Below are positions 52,914 to 61,704 of a DNA stretch of 64,000 bases, piece by piece (position 1 is the first letter of the stretch; every line of letters starts with the position of its first letter). The position numbers and the translations under genes are program-made. The DNA lies in NCBI GenBank assembly GCA_029262195.1, contig JAJCZX010000030.1:497615-561614 (forward strand). The letters run 5' to 3'. The stretch is from Gemmatimonadota bacterium. Lineage in GTDB: Bacteria > Gemmatimonadota > Gemmatimonadetes > Gemmatimonadales > GWC2-71-9. The notes beneath the pieces were generated by a model. It was given only the letters and a program-made list of their open reading frames with translations, was not told where the DNA came from and did not search any database.

Positions 52914-53028
52914 GATCGGCTCGAAAGTAGCTCATTCGTCGGAGACTTTCCACCGGGCGCCGGGAATCTTTGAGGCCCGTCCGGTGTCAAACACCCCACA
53001 GTTACCTTTAACACATGAAACGCCTTGC

Positions 53029-53056
53029 TTCCTACTTCTAACTTCTTACTTATTAC
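53029..53056 (-). repeat. Four inverted GTTAGAA-type heptamers (TTCCTAC TTCTAAC TTCTTAC TTATTAC)
   Basis: In-phase 7-nt units that end 6 nt before the ADH start codon (53063). Contains the exact 12-mer CTTCTAACTTCT at 53035-53046. Confidence 0.8.
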
Positions 53057-53062
53057 GTTCAA

Positions 53063-54151
53063 ATGCTCAAAGCCGCAGTAATGACCGCGCCCAACGCGCC
53101 AATCGAAATGTGGGAGTTGCCAACTCCAGAAATGGAGCACGGTGCTGTACTTCTGCAGACCGTAGCCAGTGAGGTGTGTGGCACCGACGTGCACCTTCAC
53201 AACGGGCAGCTTGCTGGCGTCCCTTATCCCATCATCCCCGGACACGTGTCGGTAGGACGGGTTGCGGAGATGTGCGGAGTATCTCACGATTTCAACGGTG
53301 AAGAACTGCGGCAGGACGATCTGGTAACGTTTTATGACGTTCATGAAATTTGTGGCGAATGTTGGTTTTGCCTCGTGTCCAAACAACCCAATCGTTGCCC
53401 CGCGCGCAAAGTGTATGGAATTACGTATTCGGCGAATGACGGGCCAATGGGGGGCTGGGCTGAACAGATCTACCTCAAACCGGGTGTAAAGGTATTCAAA
53501 ATCCCTGAGGGCCTCAGCGCCGACGACATCATCGGAGGCGGTTGCGGACTTTTCACGGGCTTCGCTGCGGTTGACCGTGCCCAGGTTCGTCTTGGTGATC
53601 GTGTTCTTGTGCAGGGAACCGGACCTGTGGGCCTCTGTGCGATCAACTTCGCCTCGCTCAGTGGAGCATCCCACATAGTCGCCATCGGCGACCCCGACGC
53701 TCGGCTGGCACTCGCAAAAGACATGGGAGCCGACGAGACGCTATCGGTGAGCGGAAGCAGCAAAGAAGAACGTCACGACCGGGTAATGGAATTAAGCGAC
53801 GGACGAGGATTCGACGTTGTGATCGAAGCGACGGGCCATCCGTCGGCAATAAAAGAAGGTATGGGCCTGACCAGAGATGCTGGCACCTATGTGGTCGCTG
53901 GCCATTACACCGATGCCGGCCCAACCAGCATCAACCCACATTCCGACATTAATCGCAAGCACATAAAAGTGCTGGGTCAATGGGGTACCGACCTTGGACA
54001 CATAGCTCGTGCCCTAATTGTGGTTGGAAAGCACAGACCTCCCCTGGCAAGGATCGCGGGGGGCATCTATTCTTTGGAAAACGCAGAGGAGGCCCTCAAG
54101 GATGTCGGAAACCTCAGGGTGACCAAAGCGATAATAACTCCGCAAGATTAA
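53063..54151 (+). CDS. Zinc-dependent alcohol dehydrogenase family (MDR) oxidoreductase
   Basis: 362 aa. VASEVCGTDVHLHNG...PIIPGHVSVGRV (catalytic Zn ligands), CGECWFCLVSKQPNRC (structural Zn) and VLVQGTGPVGL (Rossmann). Confidence 0.85.
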   Translation: MLKAAVMTAPNAPIEMWELPTPEMEHGAVLLQTVASEVCGTDVHLHNGQLAGVPYPIIPGHVSVGRVAEMCGVSHDFNGEELRQDDLVTFYDVHEICGECWFCLVSKQPNRCPARKVYGITYSANDGPMGGWAEQIYLKPGVKVFKIPEGLSADDIIGGGCGLFTGFAAVDRAQVRLGDRVLVQGTGPVGLCAINFASLSGASHIVAIGDPDARLALAKDMGADETLSVSGSSKEERHDRVMELSDGRGFDVVIEATGHPSAIKEGMGLTRDAGTYVVAGHYTDAGPTSINPHSDINRKHIKVLGQWGTDLGHIARALIVVGKHRPPLARIAGGIYSLENAEEALKDVGNLRVTKAIITPQD

Positions 54152-54525
54152 CTCTCCGGTTCGCCGTCGGCCCAAACGTCGTCAAACCAGGAAGTTTTCG
54201 GGTCGACAGCGAGTATTCTCACCTGAGATCGCTTGTTCAAAAACTCTGAAGGAGCTACCCAGAAGCGGGCATCCCACAACAACCCCTCTAGTTCGAACGG
54301 CGCAATCTCCTCGTCGGTGGCGTCCAGAGTTATCTCAAGCTGTGCGTCGCCCTCAACACCGTCTGATTCCTCGAGTGGTCTACCCGAAAGCCATATCCCG
54401 GTCAGGGGTACCGCTTCGCCATCCTTCTCCAGGACGCCAAGATCCCACTGCCGATCTTCGAAACCGGTCTGCATTATAGAGCGCGCATGGGCGATCGAGG
54501 TTCGGTGAAAAACGACGAGGCTCAC
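54148..54525 (-). CDS. Hypothetical small acidic protein
   Basis: 125 aa. The N-terminus VVFHRTSIAHARSIMQTGF loosely resembles the h-h-[YF]-H-G-T-x5-I-x3-G-[FL] first motif of H-Y-E ADP-ribosyltransferase/Tpt1-like folds. This is weak evidence. Confidence 0.4.
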   Translation of the reverse strand: MSLVVFHRTSIAHARSIMQTGFEDRQWDLGVLEKDGEAVPLTGIWLSGRPLEESDGVEGDAQLEITLDATDEEIAPFELEGLLWDARFWVAPSEFLNKRSQVRILAVDPKTSWFDDVWADGEPES

Positions 54526-54703
54526 TCAAACTCCTTTTTCGATTGTTGCATACCTGAAGAATGCCCTAGATTGCACAGCCCGTCCAGTAGTCAAACACAC
54601 CTGAAGCAAGATGCGTTTCCTCACTTCCCATTCGAACACCGTTAAGGCAGTTTTCAATTTTGAGTACAGAACCGATAGGTAGCCACCCGATGCCGGGGAC
54701 TAA

Positions 54704-55549
54704 ATGGTATTGAGAAGACTCTGGACGCTCCCGCCAGCCACCGGGCGGTTCATAAAGAGCTCTCACCACGACAATGTTTTGTTTCTTGCCAGCGCCTTGA
54801 GTTTCGATGCGCTCATGGCAGCAATTCCACTGGCGTTACTATTCATCTCATTCCTTGGCTTTGTTTTGAACGGGCGATCGCCCGCTGATTTAGGAAGTGT
54901 TTTGCAGTTGATGCTTCCACCCCATGCCCCTGGAGACACCGGCCCCCTGGTCCAGGCCGAGAATATCATTCAAACAGTCATCGGTTCGCGTTCTCAACTT
55001 TCTCTCTATGCTCTCCCCCTGTTCTTACTTTTTTCCACACGCCTTTTCGCGTCAATCAGGGTGGCACTCAATCAGATATTAGGAATCCGCACTCGACGCA
55101 CTTTTCTCAGAGCGTTGGGGGTCGACGTGATCCTCGTTTTGCTGACGACCGTTCTCTTTGCGGCCAACTCGGTTGTCTCAATCCCCGTCTTTAACTCTTC
55201 GCTAATTGATCAAATCGCTGGACATCTCCTGGCGGTGGCGTTTGGTATCATCTTGTTCTTCCTGGTTTACTCCCTTGCTCCTGATGAAGAAATTCCGTGG
55301 GATACGGCGTTGCTATCTGCAACAGTGGTTTCGATCGGGTTCGAAATCGCCAAAGCGTTATTCGGCGCTTATCTCGCAAATGTAGCAACGGTCAACAACC
55401 TCATTTCGCACGCAAACGCGGTGGCAATCATCCTGTTTGTCTTCTGGATTTACTACTCTTCGTTGATTTTTCTGCTTGGCGCTGAGGTAGCGAAACAGCA
55501 CCGGCTTCTGCAAAGAGGCCGGTCAAGGAGGGGAATTCGAACTATTTAG
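54704..55549 (+). CDS. YihY/BrkB family membrane protein
   Basis: 281 aa. Six predicted TM helices. LASALSFDALMAAIPLALL and C-terminal YYSSLIFLLGAEV are typical of the YihY (formerly RNase BN) family. Confidence 0.75.
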   Translation: MVLRRLWTLPPATGRFIKSSHHDNVLFLASALSFDALMAAIPLALLFISFLGFVLNGRSPADLGSVLQLMLPPHAPGDTGPLVQAENIIQTVIGSRSQLSLYALPLFLLFSTRLFASIRVALNQILGIRTRRTFLRALGVDVILVLLTTVLFAANSVVSIPVFNSSLIDQIAGHLLAVAFGIILFFLVYSLAPDEEIPWDTALLSATVVSIGFEIAKALFGAYLANVATVNNLISHANAVAIILFVFWIYYSSLIFLLGAEVAKQHRLLQRGRSRRGIRTI

Positions 55550-55626
55550 GCCAAGGTCCGCTATAATTAGTCCTTGCCATGCGCGGATGGAGAGTCAACA
55601 TTCTCTGATTCGCGTCACCGGAACTT

Positions 55627-55632
55627 AGGAGG
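55627..55632 (+). promoter_or_regulatory. Shine-Dalgarno AGGAGG for the radical SAM gene
   Basis: AGGAGG lies 4 nt upstream of the in-frame GTG at 55637. The nearby ATG at 55635 is out of frame and is followed immediately by TGA. Confidence 0.7.
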
Positions 55633-55636
55633 ATAT

Positions 55637-57217
55637 GTGAAGAAACTCCGTATTGGAGTTCTCGACCTGGTAACTAAAGGTCCCACTAAAGCACTTTACG
55701 CGAGACTCATGCACGCCAATCTGGCGGGGATCATGGGACAGGTTGTCGCCGTTTGGTGCGAAGAAGAAGGGCATGACGTTACCCATGTTTGCTACACGGG
55801 ATTTGAAGACCTCGATGAGGCGATCCCGTCGGACGCAGATATAGTTTTCATTACGGCCTTCAGTCAGGCCGCGCAGATGGCATATGCCGCCAGCGCCCTC
55901 CTGAGATCCAAGGGTGTTATCACGGTATTGGGTGGACCGCACGCAAGATGCTATCCCGAAGATTCCGTGAAATATTTCGACTATGTCCTTGGTTTCACCG
56001 ACAAGCCACTCATCAAAGATCTCCTGGCAGACGCCACCCGGCAAACCCCCGTGGGAGTTTACCAGGAAGCCGCGCAACAACCCGCCACCATTCCCGGTGT
56101 CAGGGAGCGCTGGCGCTTCATTGAAAGCACTCTCGAGAAGGCACCGTGGTTTAAGATCGTGCCAATGATCGGAAGCCTCGGATGCCCCTATACTTGCAGC
56201 TTCTGCATCGACTCGGTGGTGAAATACCAACCGCTTGATTTCGGTCAAATAACTGAGGATCTGAAGTTCCTTCTCACCAAAATGGAACGTCCTATTGTCG
56301 GCTGGCACGACCCCAATTTCGGCGTGAGGTTCGACGAGTACATGGACGCTATTGAGGATGCGGTCCCACCGGGCCGGATCGACTTCGCAGCGGAATCGAG
56401 CCTCGCTTTGCTTTCAGAGGACCACCTCAAAAGGCTGAAGCGGAATGGATTCGCCGCGATGCTTCCGGGAATTGAATCGTGGTACGATGTTGGCAACAAA
56501 TCGAAGAGCGGTAGCAAGCAGGGCCTGGATAAAGTCCACCAGGTGTCCGAACACATCAACATGATTATGGAGTACCTGCCCTACAATCAAAGTAATTTCG
56601 TCCTCGGCCTTGATTCGGACGAAGGCACTGAACCGTTCGAGTTGACCAAGAAATTCGTGGACCTGACGCCGGGGACGTTCCCTGGATATTCGCTGTTGTC
56701 TGCGTTCGGCCGCGCAGCCCCTTTGAACCTCGGCTACCAACGAGAGAATCGGGTCCTGGCGTTTCCATTCCACTTCCTGAACAACAATCACGCGATGAAC
56801 GTCAAGCCTGCCAACTACGAATGGCGTGAGTTCTACGACAACGTGATTGACCTTACGAAGTATACGTTCTCAAAGAAAGCCATTTACAAACGTTTCAAGG
56901 CCAACAAGGGACGTTCGATTCCGAGATGGTTGAATGTGGTACGCGCGATTTCTTCCGAAGGTTTTGGACGAATCAAATACCATTCGGAGATCAGGCGTCG
57001 GTTCGACACCGATCCCGAGTTCGATCCGTTTTTTGAAGGAGAGAGCACCAAGTTGCCTCAGTTCTACGTTGACCGTGTCAAGCACGACCTCGGCGATTTG
57101 TGGGAATGGTTGCCAAAAGAGTCGCTTGAACACGATCCCAACGCTTACCTGAAGGCCGAAGATGCAAAGCAACAGGTAACGCAACTCACGTTGAACAAGA
57201 GAGAAGCGGTAGGCTAA
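55637..57217 (+). CDS. B12-binding-domain radical SAM protein (unknown substrate)
   Basis: ORF 55574..57217, with the start moved to GTG 55637 (VKKLRIGVLDL). N-terminal Rossmann-like B12-binding-type domain. CxxxCxxC cluster motif GCPYTCSFC. Confidence 0.85.
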   Translation: MKKLRIGVLDLVTKGPTKALYARLMHANLAGIMGQVVAVWCEEEGHDVTHVCYTGFEDLDEAIPSDADIVFITAFSQAAQMAYAASALLRSKGVITVLGGPHARCYPEDSVKYFDYVLGFTDKPLIKDLLADATRQTPVGVYQEAAQQPATIPGVRERWRFIESTLEKAPWFKIVPMIGSLGCPYTCSFCIDSVVKYQPLDFGQITEDLKFLLTKMERPIVGWHDPNFGVRFDEYMDAIEDAVPPGRIDFAAESSLALLSEDHLKRLKRNGFAAMLPGIESWYDVGNKSKSGSKQGLDKVHQVSEHINMIMEYLPYNQSNFVLGLDSDEGTEPFELTKKFVDLTPGTFPGYSLLSAFGRAAPLNLGYQRENRVLAFPFHFLNNNHAMNVKPANYEWREFYDNVIDLTKYTFSKKAIYKRFKANKGRSIPRWLNVVRAISSEGFGRIKYHSEIRRRFDTDPEFDPFFEGESTKLPQFYVDRVKHDLGDLWEWLPKESLEHDPNAYLKAEDAKQQVTQLTLNKREAVG

Positions 57218-57232
57218 TACGCCGAGTCAGAG

Positions 57233-57276
57233 AAAAAAAGGCCAGGCGGAATGAATCATCTGCCTGGCCTTTTTTT
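57233..57276. terminator. Bidirectional Rho-independent terminator
   Basis: A7-GGCCAGGCGGA-(loop)-TCTGCCTGGCC-T7 lies between the convergent stops at 57217 and 57291. The stem is about 11 bp including one G-U pair. Confidence 0.85.
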
Positions 57277-57290
57277 GTTCCCTGACCCAC

Positions 57291-58679
57291 CTACTCCAGT
57301 TTGGCAAACAGATTATTGAACGCCTCGGCAAAAGTAGGGTGAGCAAATATCCCATGGCGAAGTTTGGTATAGGGAGTGTCGCCCATCATGGCTATCTGGA
57401 TCATCGACATCATCTCTCCACCTTCAATCCCCAGAACGGCACATCCGAGTATCTGATCCGAATCTGCTGCGACAACCACTTTCATCAAGCCTCGAGTCTC
57501 GTCGACCTCCAGTGCCCGCGCGACGTGTGTCATTGGCATTGCTGCGATACGAACCTCAATCCCTTTCTCGCGCGCCTCTTTCTCACTGAGACCGACTCGA
57601 CCGTACTGCGGATCCATATAGGCCACATACGGAACGTCTCTGCCATCAGTAGTGCAGTCGCCCCCCCGGAGTAGGTTCTCGGCCAGTATCCGGTAGTCAT
57701 CATAGGAAATGTGCGTGAACGCAGGGCCGCCGGTTACATCGCCAAGCGCCCAAACGCCATCTTGAGACGTCTCAAGCTTGTTGTTGACCGGAATAAATCC
57801 GCGGGCATCGGTCGATACGGATGTGGCCGCCAGATTTAATCGGTCAGCGTTCGACCTCCGACCCGCCGCAACCAGCAGATGGGAACCGGTTATCGTCGAT
57901 TCTCCAGAGGAGTCGGAGACGTTGACGACAATGTCATTGCCCGCTTCAGTAACTTCGTTGACCGTGGTTCCAAGCCGCAGATCGATACCGTCTTCATTGA
58001 GTATCGCAACGACCGCCTCCCCGAACTCTGGATCTTCTCTGGGCAACAGGTTGTCCAGGAAATCGATGATGGTGACCTCGGCCCCAAACCTTCGAAACAT
58101 CTGTCCGAATTCCAACCCAATGTAACCACCGCCCATCACCACCAGGTGCCGCGGGACTTCGTCCAATTCCATGATGGATGTCGAGTCGAGAAACGCGACT
58201 CCATCCAGTCCTGTTATCGGTGGGATCGATGGCCGTGCACCGACATTGAGAAAGATCTTGTCGGACGTAATGACCTTTTGGCCTCCGTCATTCAAAGCGA
58301 CCGTAATTTCCTTCGGTCCGGTGAATCTAGCCTCCCCCATGATGAGGTCCATGGTTTCCCACTTCTCCAATCCCCGTCGGCTCCCGTTGGAAAACATGTC
58401 AACGATGGCCCGTTTTCGTTCGCGTACGACCTTCTGGTCAATCCAGATCTCTCCCACGTTGACGCCGTAGTCCGCTCCGCGTCGGGCCAGATGAGCCACA
58501 CGGGCGCTAGCAACCATTGTCTTGGTAGGAGTACAGCCTGCGATTACGCAACTGCCACCCACTTGATCTGCTTCGACGATGGCCGTCTTCCAGTTTGCCT
58601 TCGCGAATTCACCCGCCAGTGGTTTCCCTCCCTGGCCTGTCCCAATTACGATCGCATCGTATTTTTCTGGTTCGGTCAT
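57291..58679 (-). CDS. Class I pyridine nucleotide-disulfide oxidoreductase (mercuric-reductase/lipoamide-dehydrogenase-like flavoprotein)
   Basis: 462 aa. YDAIVIGTGQGG, redox-active disulfide GGSCVIAGCTPTK, a second Rossmann fold VVMGGGYIGLEFG, and a C-terminal dimerisation domain with HPTFAE. Confidence 0.9.
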   Translation of the reverse strand: MTEPEKYDAIVIGTGQGGKPLAGEFAKANWKTAIVEADQVGGSCVIAGCTPTKTMVASARVAHLARRGADYGVNVGEIWIDQKVVRERKRAIVDMFSNGSRRGLEKWETMDLIMGEARFTGPKEITVALNDGGQKVITSDKIFLNVGARPSIPPITGLDGVAFLDSTSIMELDEVPRHLVVMGGGYIGLEFGQMFRRFGAEVTIIDFLDNLLPREDPEFGEAVVAILNEDGIDLRLGTTVNEVTEAGNDIVVNVSDSSGESTITGSHLLVAAGRRSNADRLNLAATSVSTDARGFIPVNNKLETSQDGVWALGDVTGGPAFTHISYDDYRILAENLLRGGDCTTDGRDVPYVAYMDPQYGRVGLSEKEAREKGIEVRIAAMPMTHVARALEVDETRGLMKVVVAADSDQILGCAVLGIEGGEMMSMIQIAMMGDTPYTKLRHGIFAHPTFAEAFNNLFAKLE

Positions 58680-58712
58680 TCTCCTCCATTCGCCTAAAAG
58701 GTTAGCGCTGAA

Positions 58713-59015
58713 TTAGCTGGCCCCGCCTATCCTAAAAACCGACTTCAAAACCCCGCCAACGAACCCATCGGTTTCTTCTTCCGCCATTTTTTCGATCTCT
58801 CCTGCATCGAACCACACACCCTGGCATTCGTGGCAACGATCTATTTCCACTCCACGGTAGTCTTCTACGGTGAGATCGCTGCCGCATTTAGGACACTTCA
58901 TAAAATGAGAAGCGCGTTCGGCGGCCTTTTTTTCTCTTTCCTTCCTTTCCCGCTCCTTTTCCACCAATTCAGCGCTTTGTTTGGCAAAAAACTCGTGTTC
59001 GTTCTTGCTAGCCAT
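58713..59015 (-). CDS. Zinc-ribbon (TFIIB-type zinc finger) domain protein
   Basis: ORF 58713..59051. ATG 59015 is preceded by AGGAG. CPKCGSDL...CHECQGVWFDAGEIEKM is the zf-TFIIB bacterial pattern. Confidence 0.7.
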   Translation of the reverse strand: MASKNEHEFFAKQSAELVEKERERKEREKKAAERASHFMKCPKCGSDLTVEDYRGVEIDRCHECQGVWFDAGEIEKMAEEETDGFVGGVLKSVFRIGGAS

Positions 59016-59229
59016 CCTTGCTCCTAAGAAGTTTATGTTTCTAAAACCCAATTTAATATGGGACAGACGAACCTGAATTTACCATGGGCTCCCCGTATTC
59101 GCAGGAGTCGGTCAGTTGGTCTTCCATTTTGAAACGAACCCCGGATGAAACCGTATTGAGGGCACGAGAAAACAGGCGGGCCGATGCGACGAGCCCGGAG
59201 AATATTTCAATCAAATTCGAAGGTGAGAA

Positions 59230-59436
59230 ATGTTGGATTTAGACCGTCCTTTGCGCAGAAACACATCCGATTCAATGGTATCGGGAGTTTGCAGCGGACT
59301 GGCCGATTGGCTGGGGTGGGACCCCACACTGGTAAGAGTTTTGTGGGTTGCGGCCTCTGTAATGTCGGCCGGATTCCCCGGGTTGGTGCTCTATGTAGCA
59401 CTGACTTTTATAGTCCCAAAGGATTTCGAGTACTAA
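59230..59436 (+). CDS. PspC domain-containing membrane protein
   Basis: 68 aa. The SD AAGGTGA precedes the ATG. RRNTSDSMVSGVCSGLADWLGWDPTLVRVLWV is the PspC domain signature. Confidence 0.8.
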   Translation: MLDLDRPLRRNTSDSMVSGVCSGLADWLGWDPTLVRVLWVAASVMSAGFPGLVLYVALTFIVPKDFEY

Positions 59437-59442
59437 TAGAAA

Positions 59443-60099
59443 TCAGAAACCATGGGTCCCCAAATTTTCGTACTGAGATGCGTAGGTTATCACACACATA
59501 ACGCCGTAAAACGAGTGTTCCCCGCACGCCACACCAGTTTTGCTGTAGTTCGAGTCAAAAATCGCTGACCTGTGACCCCGATCAGCCACACCATCATCGA
59601 CGATCAATTGAGAAACCACGAGTCGCGCGCTGGTGCCAGTTGAATAGGGTCCATAAGCTATGTTCTCCCCAACCGACCTAAACCACTTACCGTAACGATT
59701 AACTCGGTCCCAGACCATACTGGAGTCCGTGCCAACATGCCCGACAAGCCCCTTCTCTCCGTGGTCGTCTACGTGGTCGAGGGCTCCAAGTCGGAGCCCC
59801 TCCGCCTCCGATAACGGCCCAACGGGTTCAAGCGCCCTGAGGAAGTTGATGGCTTCGGTGACCGCCGTAATGCCCTCCCGTGTGCGCTCGGCGATTTCAC
59901 CAGGACGAGTGACGAGATTCCCCGTGTAATACTGCAACGACTCCTGCAAGAAGTCGGCGTAAACATGGGGTGCCGTTCGAGCCAGGTTTTGTTCGCGAAC
60001 TATGGCCGCTGCAAGTTCCGCCTGTCGATTTGACTGCACCGCATGAGCCAGGGCGGGTGAAAAAACCGCCGCCAGTACGGTGGGTAACAATGTACGCAT
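59443..60099 (-). CDS. CAP/SCP/PR-1-like secreted protein
   Basis: 218 aa. Signal peptide. ...HVGTDSS.VWDRVNRYG....VGENIAYG...GHRSAIFDSNYSKTGVAC is the CAP-domain pattern. Confidence 0.75.
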   Translation of the reverse strand: MRTLLPTVLAAVFSPALAHAVQSNRQAELAAAIVREQNLARTAPHVYADFLQESLQYYTGNLVTRPGEIAERTREGITAVTEAINFLRALEPVGPLSEAEGLRLGALDHVDDHGEKGLVGHVGTDSSMVWDRVNRYGKWFRSVGENIAYGPYSTGTSARLVVSQLIVDDGVADRGHRSAIFDSNYSKTGVACGEHSFYGVMCVITYASQYENLGTHGF

Positions 60100-60167
60100 A
60101 GAGTATTGGTTACCATCTCCTCTCTAAAAAGTGCCGAAGAGAAAGGACAACCAACGCATTCATTCCG

Positions 60168-61661
60168 TCAGTGAACGTTGACGAAACGACCCCGAGCGAG
60201 TTCTCGTAGCCGGTTAATATCTTCCAGCTTTGAGACCGACAGCGGAACCGTTTCAGCCAACTCAGTAACCAAAAAGTCCGTTCCGAAAGGGCGATCGACG
60301 TATAGAGCACGATAAAGGCCGCCAACCACGGCCTGCTCGATTTCCGCGCCACTAAACCCATCCGATTTCTCCACCAGGAGATCGATGTCGAATTCGGTTG
60401 CTGTCTGTTGTCGCAAACCCAGGTGAATTTCGAAGATGTGGCGACGCTCCTCGGGAGCCGGCAGATCAACGAAAAAGATCTCATCAAACCGCCCTTTTCT
60501 CAGTAATTCTGGAGGGGTGTGGGAAAGATCATTGGCTGTCGCCACGACAAAAACCGGTTCCGTCTTTTCTTGCAACCACGTCAGAAAGGCCCCGAAAAGC
60601 CGACGACTGACGCCCCCGTCTCCGGAGGTGTCTCCCGCCCTCGGCATCGCCTTTTCTATCTCATCTATCCACAGAACTGCCGGAGCCATAGACTCAGCCA
60701 GAGATATCGCTTTACGAAAATTCTTTTCGGATTCGCCAATGAATTTGTCGAACAAACGACCCGCATCAAGTTTGAGGAGCGGCAGTTTCCACTCACGCGC
60801 AATCACTTTTGCAGCAAGCGACTTTCCACAACCCTGCACCCCCACAATGAAGATCCCCCGGGGAGGCTGAAGGTTCATCTCGCGAGCCTTATCGGTGAAC
60901 CCGACACTGGCTCGCTGCAGCCACTCCTTAAGGCGCGAAAAACCGCCAAGCTGATACCCGTTGTCCTGCACAGGGAAATATTCGAGCAATCCACCGTCCC
61001 GAATAACCTGGGCCTTACGGTCTGTCACTCGGGAGATGTCATCGGCGGTCAATTTTCCATCGAAAAGTGCTGCGTAAGCGACAATCTGACGAGCCTGATT
61101 CAGGGTCATCCCACTGAGGGCCCCCAACAATCCGTCGACATCCTCCGTTCCCATATGGAAATCGACATTCTGGCGAGACGTCAGCGATTCGATCACGGGC
61201 CAAACCGCCTTTCGCAACTCCTCTTTTCCCGGCAGCGCAAGCTGATAGCGAACGGCTTTGTGCTCCACCTCCGGCGGAAGATTAATTTCGTGGCCCGTAA
61301 TGACTATCGTAGAAAGTGAGTGGCTGAATTTTTGTGCCACTTCGCGAAACTTCCTCGCAACGGCATCTTCAGTTAGATGCCTGGCAAAATCCTTCAGAAA
61401 GAAGATCGAGTCGACCGTAAGGTCTTCGATATGGCGAACCACTCCGATCGGATCGGCCGTGCCGTGGATGGCGAGATCCTTATCGCTCCGCTTTAGGCCC
61501 TGAGTAATGGTCCAATCAAATCGGGCGAGATTCAATTCGCGGGCTACTGATTCAACCAACCCGGTGACCCGCTCCTCTTCGATGGTTTCAATTATCACCA
61601 CCGGATGGAACGAGATCACCAGAGTTTTTAAATCGTGTACCATTGATTGAGAATTCATCAA
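60168..61661 (-). CDS. AAA+ family ATPase (single C-terminal AAA domain, uncharacterised N-terminal domain)
   Basis: 497 aa. Walker A GVQGCGKS, Walker B VLWIDEIEK, the second region of homology ATANDL...PPELLRKGRFDEIFFVDLP. Confidence 0.9.
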   Translation of the reverse strand: MMNSQSMVHDLKTLVISFHPVVIIETIEEERVTGLVESVARELNLARFDWTITQGLKRSDKDLAIHGTADPIGVVRHIEDLTVDSIFFLKDFARHLTEDAVARKFREVAQKFSHSLSTIVITGHEINLPPEVEHKAVRYQLALPGKEELRKAVWPVIESLTSRQNVDFHMGTEDVDGLLGALSGMTLNQARQIVAYAALFDGKLTADDISRVTDRKAQVIRDGGLLEYFPVQDNGYQLGGFSRLKEWLQRASVGFTDKAREMNLQPPRGIFIVGVQGCGKSLAAKVIAREWKLPLLKLDAGRLFDKFIGESEKNFRKAISLAESMAPAVLWIDEIEKAMPRAGDTSGDGGVSRRLFGAFLTWLQEKTEPVFVVATANDLSHTPPELLRKGRFDEIFFVDLPAPEERRHIFEIHLGLRQQTATEFDIDLLVEKSDGFSGAEIEQAVVGGLYRALYVDRPFGTDFLVTELAETVPLSVSKLEDINRLRELARGRFVNVH

Positions 61662-61704
61662 ACAACGATACTACTGGTCCAAATCACGCGATAGGTTGTA
61701 GCCC

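Noticed and set aside
52810-53172. 120-aa ORF with MSDVRCQ repeats
   Set aside because: It is a translation artefact of the GATGTCA heptamer array. It runs into the well-supported ADH gene in another frame.
52904-53674. 256-aa minus-strand ORF
   Set aside because: It is antisense to the zinc-ADH gene, which has complete catalytic and structural zinc motifs and a Rossmann fold.
55625-56308. 227-aa minus-strand ORF. Similar antisense ORFs lie at 57879-58697, 60519-61319, 40767-41279 and 10348-10941.
   Set aside because: Each is antisense to a gene with unambiguous family motifs: radical SAM, flavoprotein disulfide reductase, AAA+ ATPase, FloA and GcvT respectively.
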